From Bacillota bacterium (GTDB lineage: Bacteria > Bacillota > Dethiobacteria > DTU022 > UBA8154), in contig JAKORA010000071.1 of NCBI GenBank assembly GCA_029778075.1, forward strand, positions 1 through 51,433: a stretch of 51,433 nucleotides of DNA. The letters run 5' to 3'. The position numbers and the translations under genes are program-made. Shown piece after piece: positions 36,440 to 45,233 of this stretch. The stretch's first letter is position 1. Every line of letters begins with the position of its first letter. Below the pieces are notes generated by a model. The model searched no databases. It saw only the letters and a program-made list of their open reading frames with translations, and was not told the DNA's origin.

Positions 36440-37822
36440 ATGTCGGATGCCAAGGCGTTGCAGCAAGAGAGAAAACAGTTGTTTGAAGATCTATACAGTG
36501 GCAAAATACCCAAAAGGGTGCCCATTATGGCTAATCTGCCCATTGAATTTTGCATACAGTACGCCGGGCTCCCCCTGGCTGAAACCCAGTGGACCCTGGA
36601 GGGTATGGAAGAGGTCCTGGAAAAAGCTTCGCAGATGACCAGCTCGGACTACTATCCCTTTGGTTCCATGAGATTTCCTGCTCATCTTCAGATCCTGGGT
36701 TCCCGGAGCTATATTATGGGATCGAACGGTTTCATACAACACCCTGAAGTAACCGGCATGGAAGTGGATGAATATGACGAATTTATCAAAAATCCTTACG
36801 ACTGCATGTTGGAAAAAATTCTGCCCAGACTTTATCCGGAACTTGACACCGACCCGGTAACCCGCTCTTTGGTTTTTGCTAAAGCGTTTAAAGCTTATTC
36901 CGATTATTTGGAAGCCTATGCCCGGTTGGATGCTAAAATAATCGAGAAATACGGTTTTTATACGGCGCCCAAAGGATCTACGAGTGTCGTAACGGCCCCA
37001 TTTGACTTCGTAGCAGATTTTTTGCGGGGATTCAAGGGGATATCCATGGATGTGCGGAGATGCCCGGAGAAAATTATGGCAGCCTGTGAAGCCGTGCTGC
37101 CGTTACAGATAAAAAAAGGACTGCCGGAAAAACCTTCCAGATTTGGCCAGACCTTTATCCCTCTCCATATGGGTTCATATTTAAGAACCAGCGATTTTGA
37201 AAAACTTTACTGGCCGACGTTTTCCAAAATGGTCCATGCCTTCGCCCAGGCCGGTCAACCGTGCCGCATATTCTGTGAGCATGACTGGATGCGCTACCTC
37301 GATTATCTGTACGACCTTCCGGAAAATACTAGATTATATTTTGAATTTGGCGATCCCAAACTTGTAAAAGAAAAGCTGGGTAAAAAACACATTATCTCCG
37401 GTTTTTATCCGCTTACTTACCTGAAAACAGCGACCAAGCAGCAGTGCATTGATAAGGCCAAAGAACTTCTGGATATCCTGGCTCCCGGCGGGAAATACAT
37501 CTTCGAGTTCGACAAAAGCCCTGTGTCGCTGGATAGTATCAACGTGGAAAATTACGCGACAGTGCTCCGTTATGTCGCTGAAAATGCCCGCTACCCCAAT
37601 GCCGGGGAACCCGCGGAGGCAGAAAACAGGCCGGCACAACCGGCTTCACCCCATGCTTCATCCGAGGGGGCGCTGCCTGAATTCAAATCCCGGTATTATA
37701 AGTCGTGGAAGGAATACAGGGAAGAGCATCCCGCCCTTGATCCCGTATTGGAGCCGATAATGGCGCCCAAACTGCAAAGCTATGAAGAACTTCTGTTCAA
37801 AATGATCTCCAGGCTGATGTAG
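36440..37822 (+). CDS. Uroporphyrinogen-decarboxylase (URO-D)/MtaA-like family protein with a C-terminal extension (tentative)
   Basis: 460 aa. The overall pattern (KIPKRVPIMANLPIEFCIQYAG..., FIPLHMGSYLR, IFCEHDW) recalls URO-D-like methyltransferase folds. The assignment is by eye only. Confidence 0.4.
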   Translation: MSDAKALQQERKQLFEDLYSGKIPKRVPIMANLPIEFCIQYAGLPLAETQWTLEGMEEVLEKASQMTSSDYYPFGSMRFPAHLQILGSRSYIMGSNGFIQHPEVTGMEVDEYDEFIKNPYDCMLEKILPRLYPELDTDPVTRSLVFAKAFKAYSDYLEAYARLDAKIIEKYGFYTAPKGSTSVVTAPFDFVADFLRGFKGISMDVRRCPEKIMAACEAVLPLQIKKGLPEKPSRFGQTFIPLHMGSYLRTSDFEKLYWPTFSKMVHAFAQAGQPCRIFCEHDWMRYLDYLYDLPENTRLYFEFGDPKLVKEKLGKKHIISGFYPLTYLKTATKQQCIDKAKELLDILAPGGKYIFEFDKSPVSLDSINVENYATVLRYVAENARYPNAGEPAEAENRPAQPASPHASSEGALPEFKSRYYKSWKEYREEHPALDPVLEPIMAPKLQSYEELLFKMISRLM

Positions 37823-38054
37823 CGGCAGCACAAACTGTGAGAACATCTCTTTAGCCGTCTGGCTCTCAGTTTCCAGCGCAAAAGAGTCCAGGCTTGCATG
37901 CGGACCCGGCACTGCTACCTGAAACATATCACAGTCCGTATACAGGTAGGGTGACGCCATCTTTTCAAAAGAGGAAAATTGTAACAGAACAGGAAATTAT
38001 GAAGGAATTCGGAATTATTTGGCGAAAAATATACAATAAGACCTAACAAAAGGG

Positions 38055-39014
38055 TTGTGCAATGTGTTTGAAAACTTCCGGCTGGCACGCTACCGGATAA
38101 CTATTACAGCAGGAAAAGATGGCTTATCGCTACCTCCCTACAAAGGATCCACCTTTCGCGGCGGGTTTGGGGGAGTGTTCAGGCGTATTGTCTGTTCAAT
38201 GAGGCAGGCTGAGTGTGGGGATTGTCTGCTGCGAGAACAGTGCCCCTATGCCTACATTTTCGAAACCTCCCCCCCGCCGGACACGCAGGCCTTGAGTAAA
38301 TACGAAAGCATCCCCCGCCCGTTTGTTATAGAACCCCCTCTGGAAACGAAAACAGAATACTTGCCCGGAGAAAGCCTGTTTTTCCATCTTATTCTTGTCG
38401 GACGCGCCATACAGTACCTCCCCTACTTTATTGTTGTTTTTCGGGAAATGGGTGAAGCGGGCCTCGGCAAGAAGCGGCGCTCTTTCAATCTCGAAGATGT
38501 TGCGGCTATAGGGCTGGATGAAAGCCAATCCATTTATTCTGCTCAAACAAATACGGTTCAAAACCTGGATTTGGCCTTTTTAGGCTCTCAGCTCATTAAA
38601 AAATTTCCTGCTGCAGCCCGCAGGGCGGAGGTTACCTTTGAAACACCGGTACGCTTAAAGGATGAGGGTAAAATTGTCAGGCGTCCGGATTTCCATGTTT
38701 TCTTCCGCCAGGCCATGCGCCGCCTCTCCTCACTATCCTATTTTCATCACGGAGAAACGCTGCAGGCCGATTATGCAGGGTTGTCAGAACGTGCCCGGAG
38801 TATTTCGCTGATAAAAAACGCTACCTCCTGGCATGATTGGGAGCGCTACTCCCGCCGCCAGGGGCAGCGCATGAACATGGGCGGATTGGTGGGCACGGTG
38901 GTCTATGAGGGAAAGCTCGACGAGTTTCTGCCCTGGCTGATCCTGGGAGAACAGGTCCATGTGGGAAAGAATACAGTTTTCGGCCTGGGTAAATACCGGA
39001 TGTCAGTTCGCTGA
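38055..39014 (+). CDS. cas6: CRISPR pre-crRNA endoribonuclease Cas6 (RAMP)
   Basis: LPPYKGSTFRGGFGGVF N-terminal RAMP motif, Cys cluster CSMRQAECGDCLLREQCPY, and a C-terminal glycine-rich loop HVGKNTVFGLGKY. The start may be GTG 38064. Confidence 0.8.
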   Translation: MCNVFENFRLARYRITITAGKDGLSLPPYKGSTFRGGFGGVFRRIVCSMRQAECGDCLLREQCPYAYIFETSPPPDTQALSKYESIPRPFVIEPPLETKTEYLPGESLFFHLILVGRAIQYLPYFIVVFREMGEAGLGKKRRSFNLEDVAAIGLDESQSIYSAQTNTVQNLDLAFLGSQLIKKFPAAARRAEVTFETPVRLKDEGKIVRRPDFHVFFRQAMRRLSSLSYFHHGETLQADYAGLSERARSISLIKNATSWHDWERYSRRQGQRMNMGGLVGTVVYEGKLDEFLPWLILGEQVHVGKNTVFGLGKYRMSVR

Positions 39015-39034
39015 CAGAAATTGTCGGACATTTT

Positions 39035-40051
39035 TTGCATATCATTGTTTTATTGTGTTATATTTTTTTTAACAAAAGTTTGGTGATCCTTTTGAACAAA
39101 ACGGAGCGTATCATCAAGGTGATTCTTGCTTTATCGCAAAATCCCGCCGCTTCTGCGACTGAGCTTGCCGGCCAACTACAGGTTTCAGAACGCTCTATAT
39201 ACCGCTACCTGAAAGATATCAAGCATCTTGGCTTTCCATTACACAATTTTAAAGACCCGGAAGCTGGTTTGCGTAGGCATTACCTGACGCCTCTAACCTT
39301 TACTGCCTCAGAAGCGTTGGCGATTATCGCTGCTGGACAGTCCTTGCTTTCTCAGGAGGGGCTTCCCATCTGTGAAGACCTGGAAACTGCTCTGCTTAAA
39401 GTAAAAGCGGCAATTTGCTCAAACGAAGAAAAGCGAGCTTTTTACCGCTTGGAACCTCGATTTACTTACCTGGGTGAAAAAATACGCGATTATACACCCT
39501 GGCAGGTACTTATTCAGCAGCTAATTGAATGTATCTACCACTGCCGCTCTATTACAGTTGTCTACGATTCTTTTTCCAGCGATGAAATAACAGAAAGGAA
39601 AATCGATCCATACGATCTTTACTGGAACAAGGGCAACCTTTATTTGGCAGCCTACTGCCATAAACATAATGACATACGCAGCTTCCGCATTGACCGCTTT
39701 AAATCCCTGAAAAATGTTGGAGAACGCTTCAACCGGGACCCCAAATTTGATTTGTCCGAATTCCTTGGTCCAAGCTGGCAGGTCTACCGGGGAAACGAAG
39801 AGGTGTGCAAAGTAAAAATACTAGTTTATCCTCCGGCGGCACGCCTTTTTCGCGAAACACGCTACCATGAAACACAGGAACTGGAGGAGTTGGAAGGCGG
39901 TAGGCTTTACTGCACCTTAACAGTATACGATTCTCCCGAATTTCGGAGCTGGCTCCTCGGCTGGGGAAGCCAGGTGGAAGTTTTGGAACCGGCGAAACTG
40001 CGTGATGGGATAAAGGAAGAGCTGGTGAAAAGCGTGCAGTTGTATAAGTAG
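39035..40051 (+). CDS. HTH-WYL-WCX transcriptional regulator (CRISPR-associated WYL protein)
   Basis: HTH (ATELAGQLQVSERSIYRYLKDI), a WYL domain (IDPYDLYWNKGNLYLAAYCHKHNDIRSFRIDRF) and a WCX-like tail (GWGSQVEVLEP). The true start is probably GTG 39083 or TTG 39092. Confidence 0.75.
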   Translation: MHIIVLLCYIFFNKSLVILLNKTERIIKVILALSQNPAASATELAGQLQVSERSIYRYLKDIKHLGFPLHNFKDPEAGLRRHYLTPLTFTASEALAIIAAGQSLLSQEGLPICEDLETALLKVKAAICSNEEKRAFYRLEPRFTYLGEKIRDYTPWQVLIQQLIECIYHCRSITVVYDSFSSDEITERKIDPYDLYWNKGNLYLAAYCHKHNDIRSFRIDRFKSLKNVGERFNRDPKFDLSEFLGPSWQVYRGNEEVCKVKILVYPPAARLFRETRYHETQELEELEGGRLYCTLTVYDSPEFRSWLLGWGSQVEVLEPAKLRDGIKEELVKSVQLYK

Positions 40052-40203
40052 GCAGAAATAATTATCCATTATTGGACATAACTTGTTAGGCGAAGAACTG
40101 TGGCAGCTTAATTTAAAAATGATTAATAGAAAAACCATCGTGCTTGAGCATATCATAGTAGCGTTGCGCGGCACGTGGAAGACTCTATTCAAGGAAACAG
40201 GGG

Positions 40204-42825
40204 GTGTTAGAGATGGTAAAAAGTGTCATTTTGCAACGAGCGATAGAGTGGATGCTCAAACGTAATTGGAAAAGGCTAGTGGCTAAGCGGAAATATTTTA
40301 ACCAAAGTTTATTTGAACATGTACTTGTGGAATTAGATGCGACTCTCCAGCTATTGCCATTGCTGAGGCTGCCCTGCCATTTAAACCTTACTCTAGAGGA
40401 AGAAGAAATAATTGTGACGGCAGTTATCGCCCATGACGTAGGCAAAGAAAGACCTGAATGGCAGGAGTACATATTGGGCCGAAGGCCTTTCCTTTCAGAC
40501 ATAGATCCTGAACTTACAAGGAAAGTAATACCAGAACTTTGTGCTGCCCTTGGTTTTTCTGATGTTGGTAGAAAAGCAATTGCAGTTATAGAAAATTGTG
40601 TTAATTTGCATATGAGCGGGGAGCGCACCGACGCCAATGTCGTATCGGCAGCTCTGCGCGGGACAGACAGGTGGTATACTCTGGCCAACTTGGTTTTTCA
40701 TATTGACAATATTTGTTCTGCTAGAGGTGTCTTTGAAGCAAAAATTGCTCTAGAAAGAAGCTTGTTAGGTAAGCACTTGAAAACAGCTTACCACCAAATA
40801 AACATCCGCGGTGTGTCTTCAACCGTCTTGCACCGGGCAGCCCTGGAAGCTTTCCAGGGAGCGGGCTGGATTCCCCTGCTCCATTTTAGTGACGCCACGC
40901 TTTACGTCGGGTCGGCTGCTGAACCAATAAAAGCCCCTTTTATCGACCAAATTGAAAATAAATTGGCCTTGATTTTAGATGAAATAGTGAGTTCTGAAGT
41001 AGTGCCCCTGGTAATAGGAAGCGAGATGCAGGACTTTTTGCCAAAGCCTGAACTTTTTGATTATCGCGAGCTCGAAGCCTATCTCTGGGAGGCGAGCAAA
41101 AGAGCCAACCCTTTGAATTTTAAAAAGAAAAAACCTGAATACAAAGCCGATGTTGTAAAAAAGTACCTGGATCTTTGTAACATTTCCTTTGACTCTTTTG
41201 ATTCTTCTAGCATTGATTTATACACCGAGCGCATTGGCATAGCCCGCCGGGAGATGGCTGTTTTGCGGTTTTTCAAGTACGCCATGAGCTCGGATTTAAT
41301 CGGAAAAGATGGCGTAAGTATTGCAAAGCAAGAATATGAAAATATTTTTGGCCAGGGAGCATGGGAAGAGCTTACGAGCATGTCCACATATATGCCGGCA
41401 CCGGATATGAAAAGGGTAGATCGTTTTTGGGCGTTGCCGGGGTGCCAATTTGGCATTAATGTCAGTACTATAGAAGAGCTTGCAAGTGAGGAGCGCGTAA
41501 AATTGCTAATTGAACTTTTATCCCAAATCGCTGTTAAAGTTTATTCAGCCATATCAAGTCCACCTACACGGGCTACCCTTGCACGTGAGATGGCGGCGGG
41601 ATTTATGCAGGATTTAATAAGTCCTGCTGACGATTTTAAGCCGCTGGAAATAGCCAAACATCAAATGGAATTTTATGCCATCTCTAAACCTTTTACCGGT
41701 AAGCAGACCAGGAAAGCACGCTATTTATGCCCCATATGTAATACCTCCTTTGAGACAGGAATTAAAGCAAGTGCAGACTTTATTGATAAGCCTGAGGCCC
41801 ACACTAACAGGGGTGTAGCCCACGGAGCCTTTGGTTATGTTACTATTTGTTACACCTGTTATTATGAGAGAATTTTGCGCCAGGTTCTTTTAGGCGAACG
41901 GGCAAAGGAGCTCATTGTTATTTTCCCGCGTATGAACATCGGGGCTGAAACCGGAGAACTATTGGTGGAGAAAGCACGTTCATTTTTCCAACGGGCTTAC
42001 GCTCTTATGGTTGCCGATGAAGGTGAACCAGACCTTCATTTGAGCATGGCGCTTACTCATTTTATCTTCGAACAAATTTTGAAACAGGACTTTTCCCACC
42101 TTGACCCGGCCCAGCTTGCCGAGCTGCTTACCTATCGTTCAAGCAAAGAGAACAGGAGAAGAAATCTGCAAAAATTGTCGAAAGCATTGCAAGAGGCTTA
42201 TGGGGAAGATTTAGAGGAGGCTAATATCGCTTGGGGGACAACCTTTTCTTTATGGGACGAAGCTGTTGAAGCAGTATATGCCAATAAGGTTAACGATGAT
42301 GAGGCACGTAGAATTCGTGCTGAAGTTTACCAATTGCATCCCCGAATGAAGCTTGTATGCCAAACACCGCATATGGCTTTGCTGCCGCTTAGTTACACTA
42401 TTAGGCTTAATGAAGATTCAGAAGCCAATGCTGCCTTACGTCGGACTTTTATAGCGATTTTTATGGGTCTGGGGCTAGATGCGTCGGTTGCCATTGTTTC
42501 TAGTAGCGATGAAATTGACTTCCAGGGAGGTGAAGGTGTTGCTTTCGTTCCGCCGGTGGCTTCTATTCGCCAGCTTATTGGCTCTAACTGGGTGCAGCTT
42601 GACGAAGCGGAACGCTGGCTGAAAAGCATTGGCATAGCAAGTATCTTAGCGGATAGCGGAAGCTATTCTAAAAGAGCAGGCTTGTTAGAGGTTTTGTTGG
42701 CTCCAACTCCCGGGCATGTTCTCCGCCGTATTGAACTAAAGAAGAATGAGGAAAAGAAGCCTTTGAGGTACCAGGATATTGTTTATTTGCGTATTTTGGC
42801 TGAAGTAACAACCCCATCTATGTAA
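40204..42825 (+). CDS. cas10d: Type I-D large subunit Cas10d with an N-terminal HD nuclease domain
   Basis: HD-domain motifs: H39 in the sequence FEHV, H77-D78 (VIAHDVGKE, nt 40432-40437), NLHMSG and VFHIDN. Cys4 finger CPIC...CYTC (nt 41728-41859). No GGDD cyclase motif was seen. It is followed by Cas7/Cas5 genes and an HD-less Cas3. ATG 40213 is an alternative start. Confidence 0.7.
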   Translation: MLEMVKSVILQRAIEWMLKRNWKRLVAKRKYFNQSLFEHVLVELDATLQLLPLLRLPCHLNLTLEEEEIIVTAVIAHDVGKERPEWQEYILGRRPFLSDIDPELTRKVIPELCAALGFSDVGRKAIAVIENCVNLHMSGERTDANVVSAALRGTDRWYTLANLVFHIDNICSARGVFEAKIALERSLLGKHLKTAYHQINIRGVSSTVLHRAALEAFQGAGWIPLLHFSDATLYVGSAAEPIKAPFIDQIENKLALILDEIVSSEVVPLVIGSEMQDFLPKPELFDYRELEAYLWEASKRANPLNFKKKKPEYKADVVKKYLDLCNISFDSFDSSSIDLYTERIGIARREMAVLRFFKYAMSSDLIGKDGVSIAKQEYENIFGQGAWEELTSMSTYMPAPDMKRVDRFWALPGCQFGINVSTIEELASEERVKLLIELLSQIAVKVYSAISSPPTRATLAREMAAGFMQDLISPADDFKPLEIAKHQMEFYAISKPFTGKQTRKARYLCPICNTSFETGIKASADFIDKPEAHTNRGVAHGAFGYVTICYTCYYERILRQVLLGERAKELIVIFPRMNIGAETGELLVEKARSFFQRAYALMVADEGEPDLHLSMALTHFIFEQILKQDFSHLDPAQLAELLTYRSSKENRRRNLQKLSKALQEAYGEDLEEANIAWGTTFSLWDEAVEAVYANKVNDDEARRIRAEVYQLHPRMKLVCQTPHMALLPLSYTIRLNEDSEANAALRRTFIAIFMGLGLDASVAIVSSSDEIDFQGGEGVAFVPPVASIRQLIGSNWVQLDEAERWLKSIGIASILADSGSYSKRAGLLEVLLAPTPGHVLRRIELKKNEEKKPLRYQDIVYLRILAEVTTPSM

Positions 42826-42887
42826 TATTTAATATTTTTCTATTTTAATATGTCTCCTGCAAAGAAGGTAAAGGAGGTTTATTCTTA

Positions 42888-43532
42888 GTGCGTACTCCGA
42901 TTTTTGTCCGAATCAAGCGATTTGATCTGGAGAGTGTTAGCTCAGATATTGAGTCTGTACGCCGTTGTTTTGATTCTTATTTAGATAGCTACCCGGTAAA
43001 ATCTTCTCGTTCCAAACACAGCCTTATGGGCCCTGTGGGTAAAATACTGCAGGAAGTTAAAAGTGGCAAGTGGGATGCCGATTCCCTTGCTGGATATGCT
43101 TTAAATATCCATCTTACAAATCCTAAAGCAAAAGGTTTTATTTCCCAGGAAGCTAGAAACTCTTTAACGGAAGGAATTAATAGGCTCTTAACCCTTTTAA
43201 AAAGTTCGCCAGTTACCGTACATGATAAAATACTGGATCGAATTGATTACGGACTATATTTTATGCGGCGAGCTAAAGTAATGGAGGCTTTTGAAAAGCT
43301 TCGTCAGGAATTTGCTGTTTTTTTGCGCCATAAATATGGAACATCAGAAAAACTGACTGAAGTCTGGGGTGAAAAATCGGCAGACTATGGTCCTGATTTT
43401 AGTAGAGTGCCATATCCGGGAAGGACACTATTTGAAAAAGCTAAAGGTCAGAAGAAAGCTGACATAAGCGAATTTGCACAGCAAGCCAAACTTAAAGGTT
43501 ACGAACTTATTGACGAGGAGGAGGAAATCTAA
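42888..43532 (+). CDS. Unassigned 214-aa protein inside the effector operon (candidate stand-alone small subunit, Cas11d-like)
   Basis: GTG 42888 lies 10 nt after AAGGAGG. The protein looks helical and charged, with an acidic tail LIDEEEEI. Its stop overlaps the csc2 ATG (TAATG), and the GAGGAGGAGG in its last codons serves as the csc2 Shine-Dalgarno. I recognise no family motif. Confidence 0.35.
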   Translation: MRTPIFVRIKRFDLESVSSDIESVRRCFDSYLDSYPVKSSRSKHSLMGPVGKILQEVKSGKWDADSLAGYALNIHLTNPKAKGFISQEARNSLTEGINRLLTLLKSSPVTVHDKILDRIDYGLYFMRRAKVMEAFEKLRQEFAVFLRHKYGTSEKLTEVWGEKSADYGPDFSRVPYPGRTLFEKAKGQKKADISEFAQQAKLKGYELIDEEEEI

Positions 43533-44479
43533 TGAGTGCCAAAGATGCTTTTGCGAGAATTCAAACCTATTTGCTTGAGAAACCGCGGCCGCTTATTGGT
43601 GCGGAAACGATTCAACTTGTTTTAATGCGAGAGATATTAGATTACACAATTCTCCGCACGGAAGAAACGCGGGAGTTAAAGACCCTCCACACTCCTTTCT
43701 CCATGACCAAGAACGACCAAACTGTACGCCGCGTCGCCTTTCTGGCTACGAAACAGAAAGCCGCTGAGTCTCGGGAATTAGAACATCTGCTTAGGACAGC
43801 GCGTAAAGTAGCAGGGTTGCCAGAACAGGAATGTTATTTAAAGGATAATTTGTGCATGAGTTGCCCTCGTTGTGGTCTTTATGGGGCAACGAGTACTCTT
43901 GCCGGGCAGCAAGAGCGGGCGAATATCAAGCACCGTATTGAATATTCTACAGCTTTTTCGCTTCTCTCTTTTGAAGACGTGGCTACTGCTGCTACCTTTA
44001 ATGCTATTAATGACCGCAACCAGATAACTGGACAAGCTTTGGGCCAGCGTTTTGCTGTGCAACCGGCTACATTATTTCCGTCAATAGTTACTTTAAAGAG
44101 TGTTACTAAACTAGAATTAATCATGGTCGTTAAAACCCTTTTATCATGCAAGAGCTACGGGGCAGAAAGCCGTATTGGAGGTGATGTGCGGAACAGCATC
44201 TGGGGGATTGTTGCTGGTTGGGAAGAAGTGATTACATCTTTAGAGCTTACTTTAGAATTGGCTGATAAATTGGATAACCTGAATTCAAATATAATTAAAG
44301 AGATCCTTGAGGAAAAGTACAAGCTAATGACTGGTAACCCGCAGCATGTGACTGTGCTTGAGCCGGAAGAGGTCGAGGGGCTGATCCAAGCGTGCGCGAA
44401 TATAGATCTGGATAAAGCGTTTTTGGAAAAAGCTTATCAAGATGTTGCAGATTACCGGAATGAACAACTAGCACGCTAA
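43532..44479 (+). CDS. csc2: Type I-D Cas7 backbone subunit (Csc2/Cas7d)
   Basis: 315 aa in the position after the large subunit. RAMP-like pattern with a Cys cluster CYLKDNLCMSCPRCGLYG. The call relies mainly on operon context. Confidence 0.65.
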   Translation: MSAKDAFARIQTYLLEKPRPLIGAETIQLVLMREILDYTILRTEETRELKTLHTPFSMTKNDQTVRRVAFLATKQKAAESRELEHLLRTARKVAGLPEQECYLKDNLCMSCPRCGLYGATSTLAGQQERANIKHRIEYSTAFSLLSFEDVATAATFNAINDRNQITGQALGQRFAVQPATLFPSIVTLKSVTKLELIMVVKTLLSCKSYGAESRIGGDVRNSIWGIVAGWEEVITSLELTLELADKLDNLNSNIIKEILEEKYKLMTGNPQHVTVLEPEEVEGLIQACANIDLDKAFLEKAYQDVADYRNEQLAR

Positions 44480-44504
44480 AAATTTGGGATATAAGGGGAT
44501 TATA

Positions 44505-45233
44505 ATGAGCAGCGCTATTTCTTTAAAGGAAAAAGGTATTCGGGTATTTAACTGCCGCCTCTATAATCATGACTATTTATGGTTTTCCTCGTATGAGATT
44601 AGCAAGATTTCGTCAACAATTCCAGTACTCCATAATTATGCTCTTACCTATTCTTTTGGTGATTATTCTTATGGCGTTTTTAAAGGTTCTGTCCCTCGTT
44701 ACAAAGAAGACCTGGCTCGTATACCTCTTTATGCTACTCCTGCTCTGGCAAATTATTGGAGTCGAACTCGCATTACTTATAATGCTGTTAACAGCCACTC
44801 TTTACGCACGGATGATGCGCCTCGTGGAATCAATTCACCTGACCTGGGCTGGCGAAATTATCTCGACCCGGTTTATCCAGGTGGGGGGCATAATGCCCAG
44901 CAAACAGGTTTCATCTGTTACCTGTTTACTTTTGACGGCAGAATTCCAAAAGGAGTAACGCGTTTGGGTAAAAAAGGTACAGCTATGCGAGTATGTTGGC
45001 AGGAAATAGAGAATCCCGTAGCAGTATTTCAGAAAGAACCAATACAGCCAACCCACCCTATAAACCCTCTTGATATTTCTGGCGAGATTGTTTTTTATGA
45101 ACCGGTGAGCATTCCACCGCATATGTTGTTCAAAACTGCCGAGATTAAAAATGACTGGTTTATTTTTGCAGGACCGCATCGCATCCATATTCCTAATCAA
45201 GTAATAAATAGAGGTTGTAAAAAGGATGGATAG
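44505..45233 (+). CDS. csc1: Type I-D Cas5 subunit (Csc1/Cas5d)
   Basis: 242 aa from ATG 44505 (6 nt after AAGGGG). N-terminal segment YLWFSSYEISKISSTIPVLHNYALTYSFG. It lies between Cas7 and Cas3, and its stop overlaps the cas3 ATG. Confidence 0.65.
   Translation: MSSAISLKEKGIRVFNCRLYNHDYLWFSSYEISKISSTIPVLHNYALTYSFGDYSYGVFKGSVPRYKEDLARIPLYATPALANYWSRTRITYNAVNSHSLRTDDAPRGINSPDLGWRNYLDPVYPGGGHNAQQTGFICYLFTFDGRIPKGVTRLGKKGTAMRVCWQEIENPVAVFQKEPIQPTHPINPLDISGEIVFYEPVSIPPHMLFKTAEIKNDWFIFAGPHRIHIPNQVINRGCKKDG

Noticed and set aside
37658-37960. 100-aa - strand ORF overlapping the 3' end of the URO-D-like gene and the cas6 upstream region
   Set aside because: Two thirds of it is antisense to the upstream CDS, and there is no Shine-Dalgarno before the ATG at 37960. 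The first ~45 codons might be a gene remnant, but I cannot support that.
44569-44958. 129-aa alternative-frame + strand ORF inside csc1
   Set aside because: It is out of frame with the Cas5-like reading frame that has the Shine-Dalgarno and family-like N-terminus. Its translation is hydrophobic and low-complexity.
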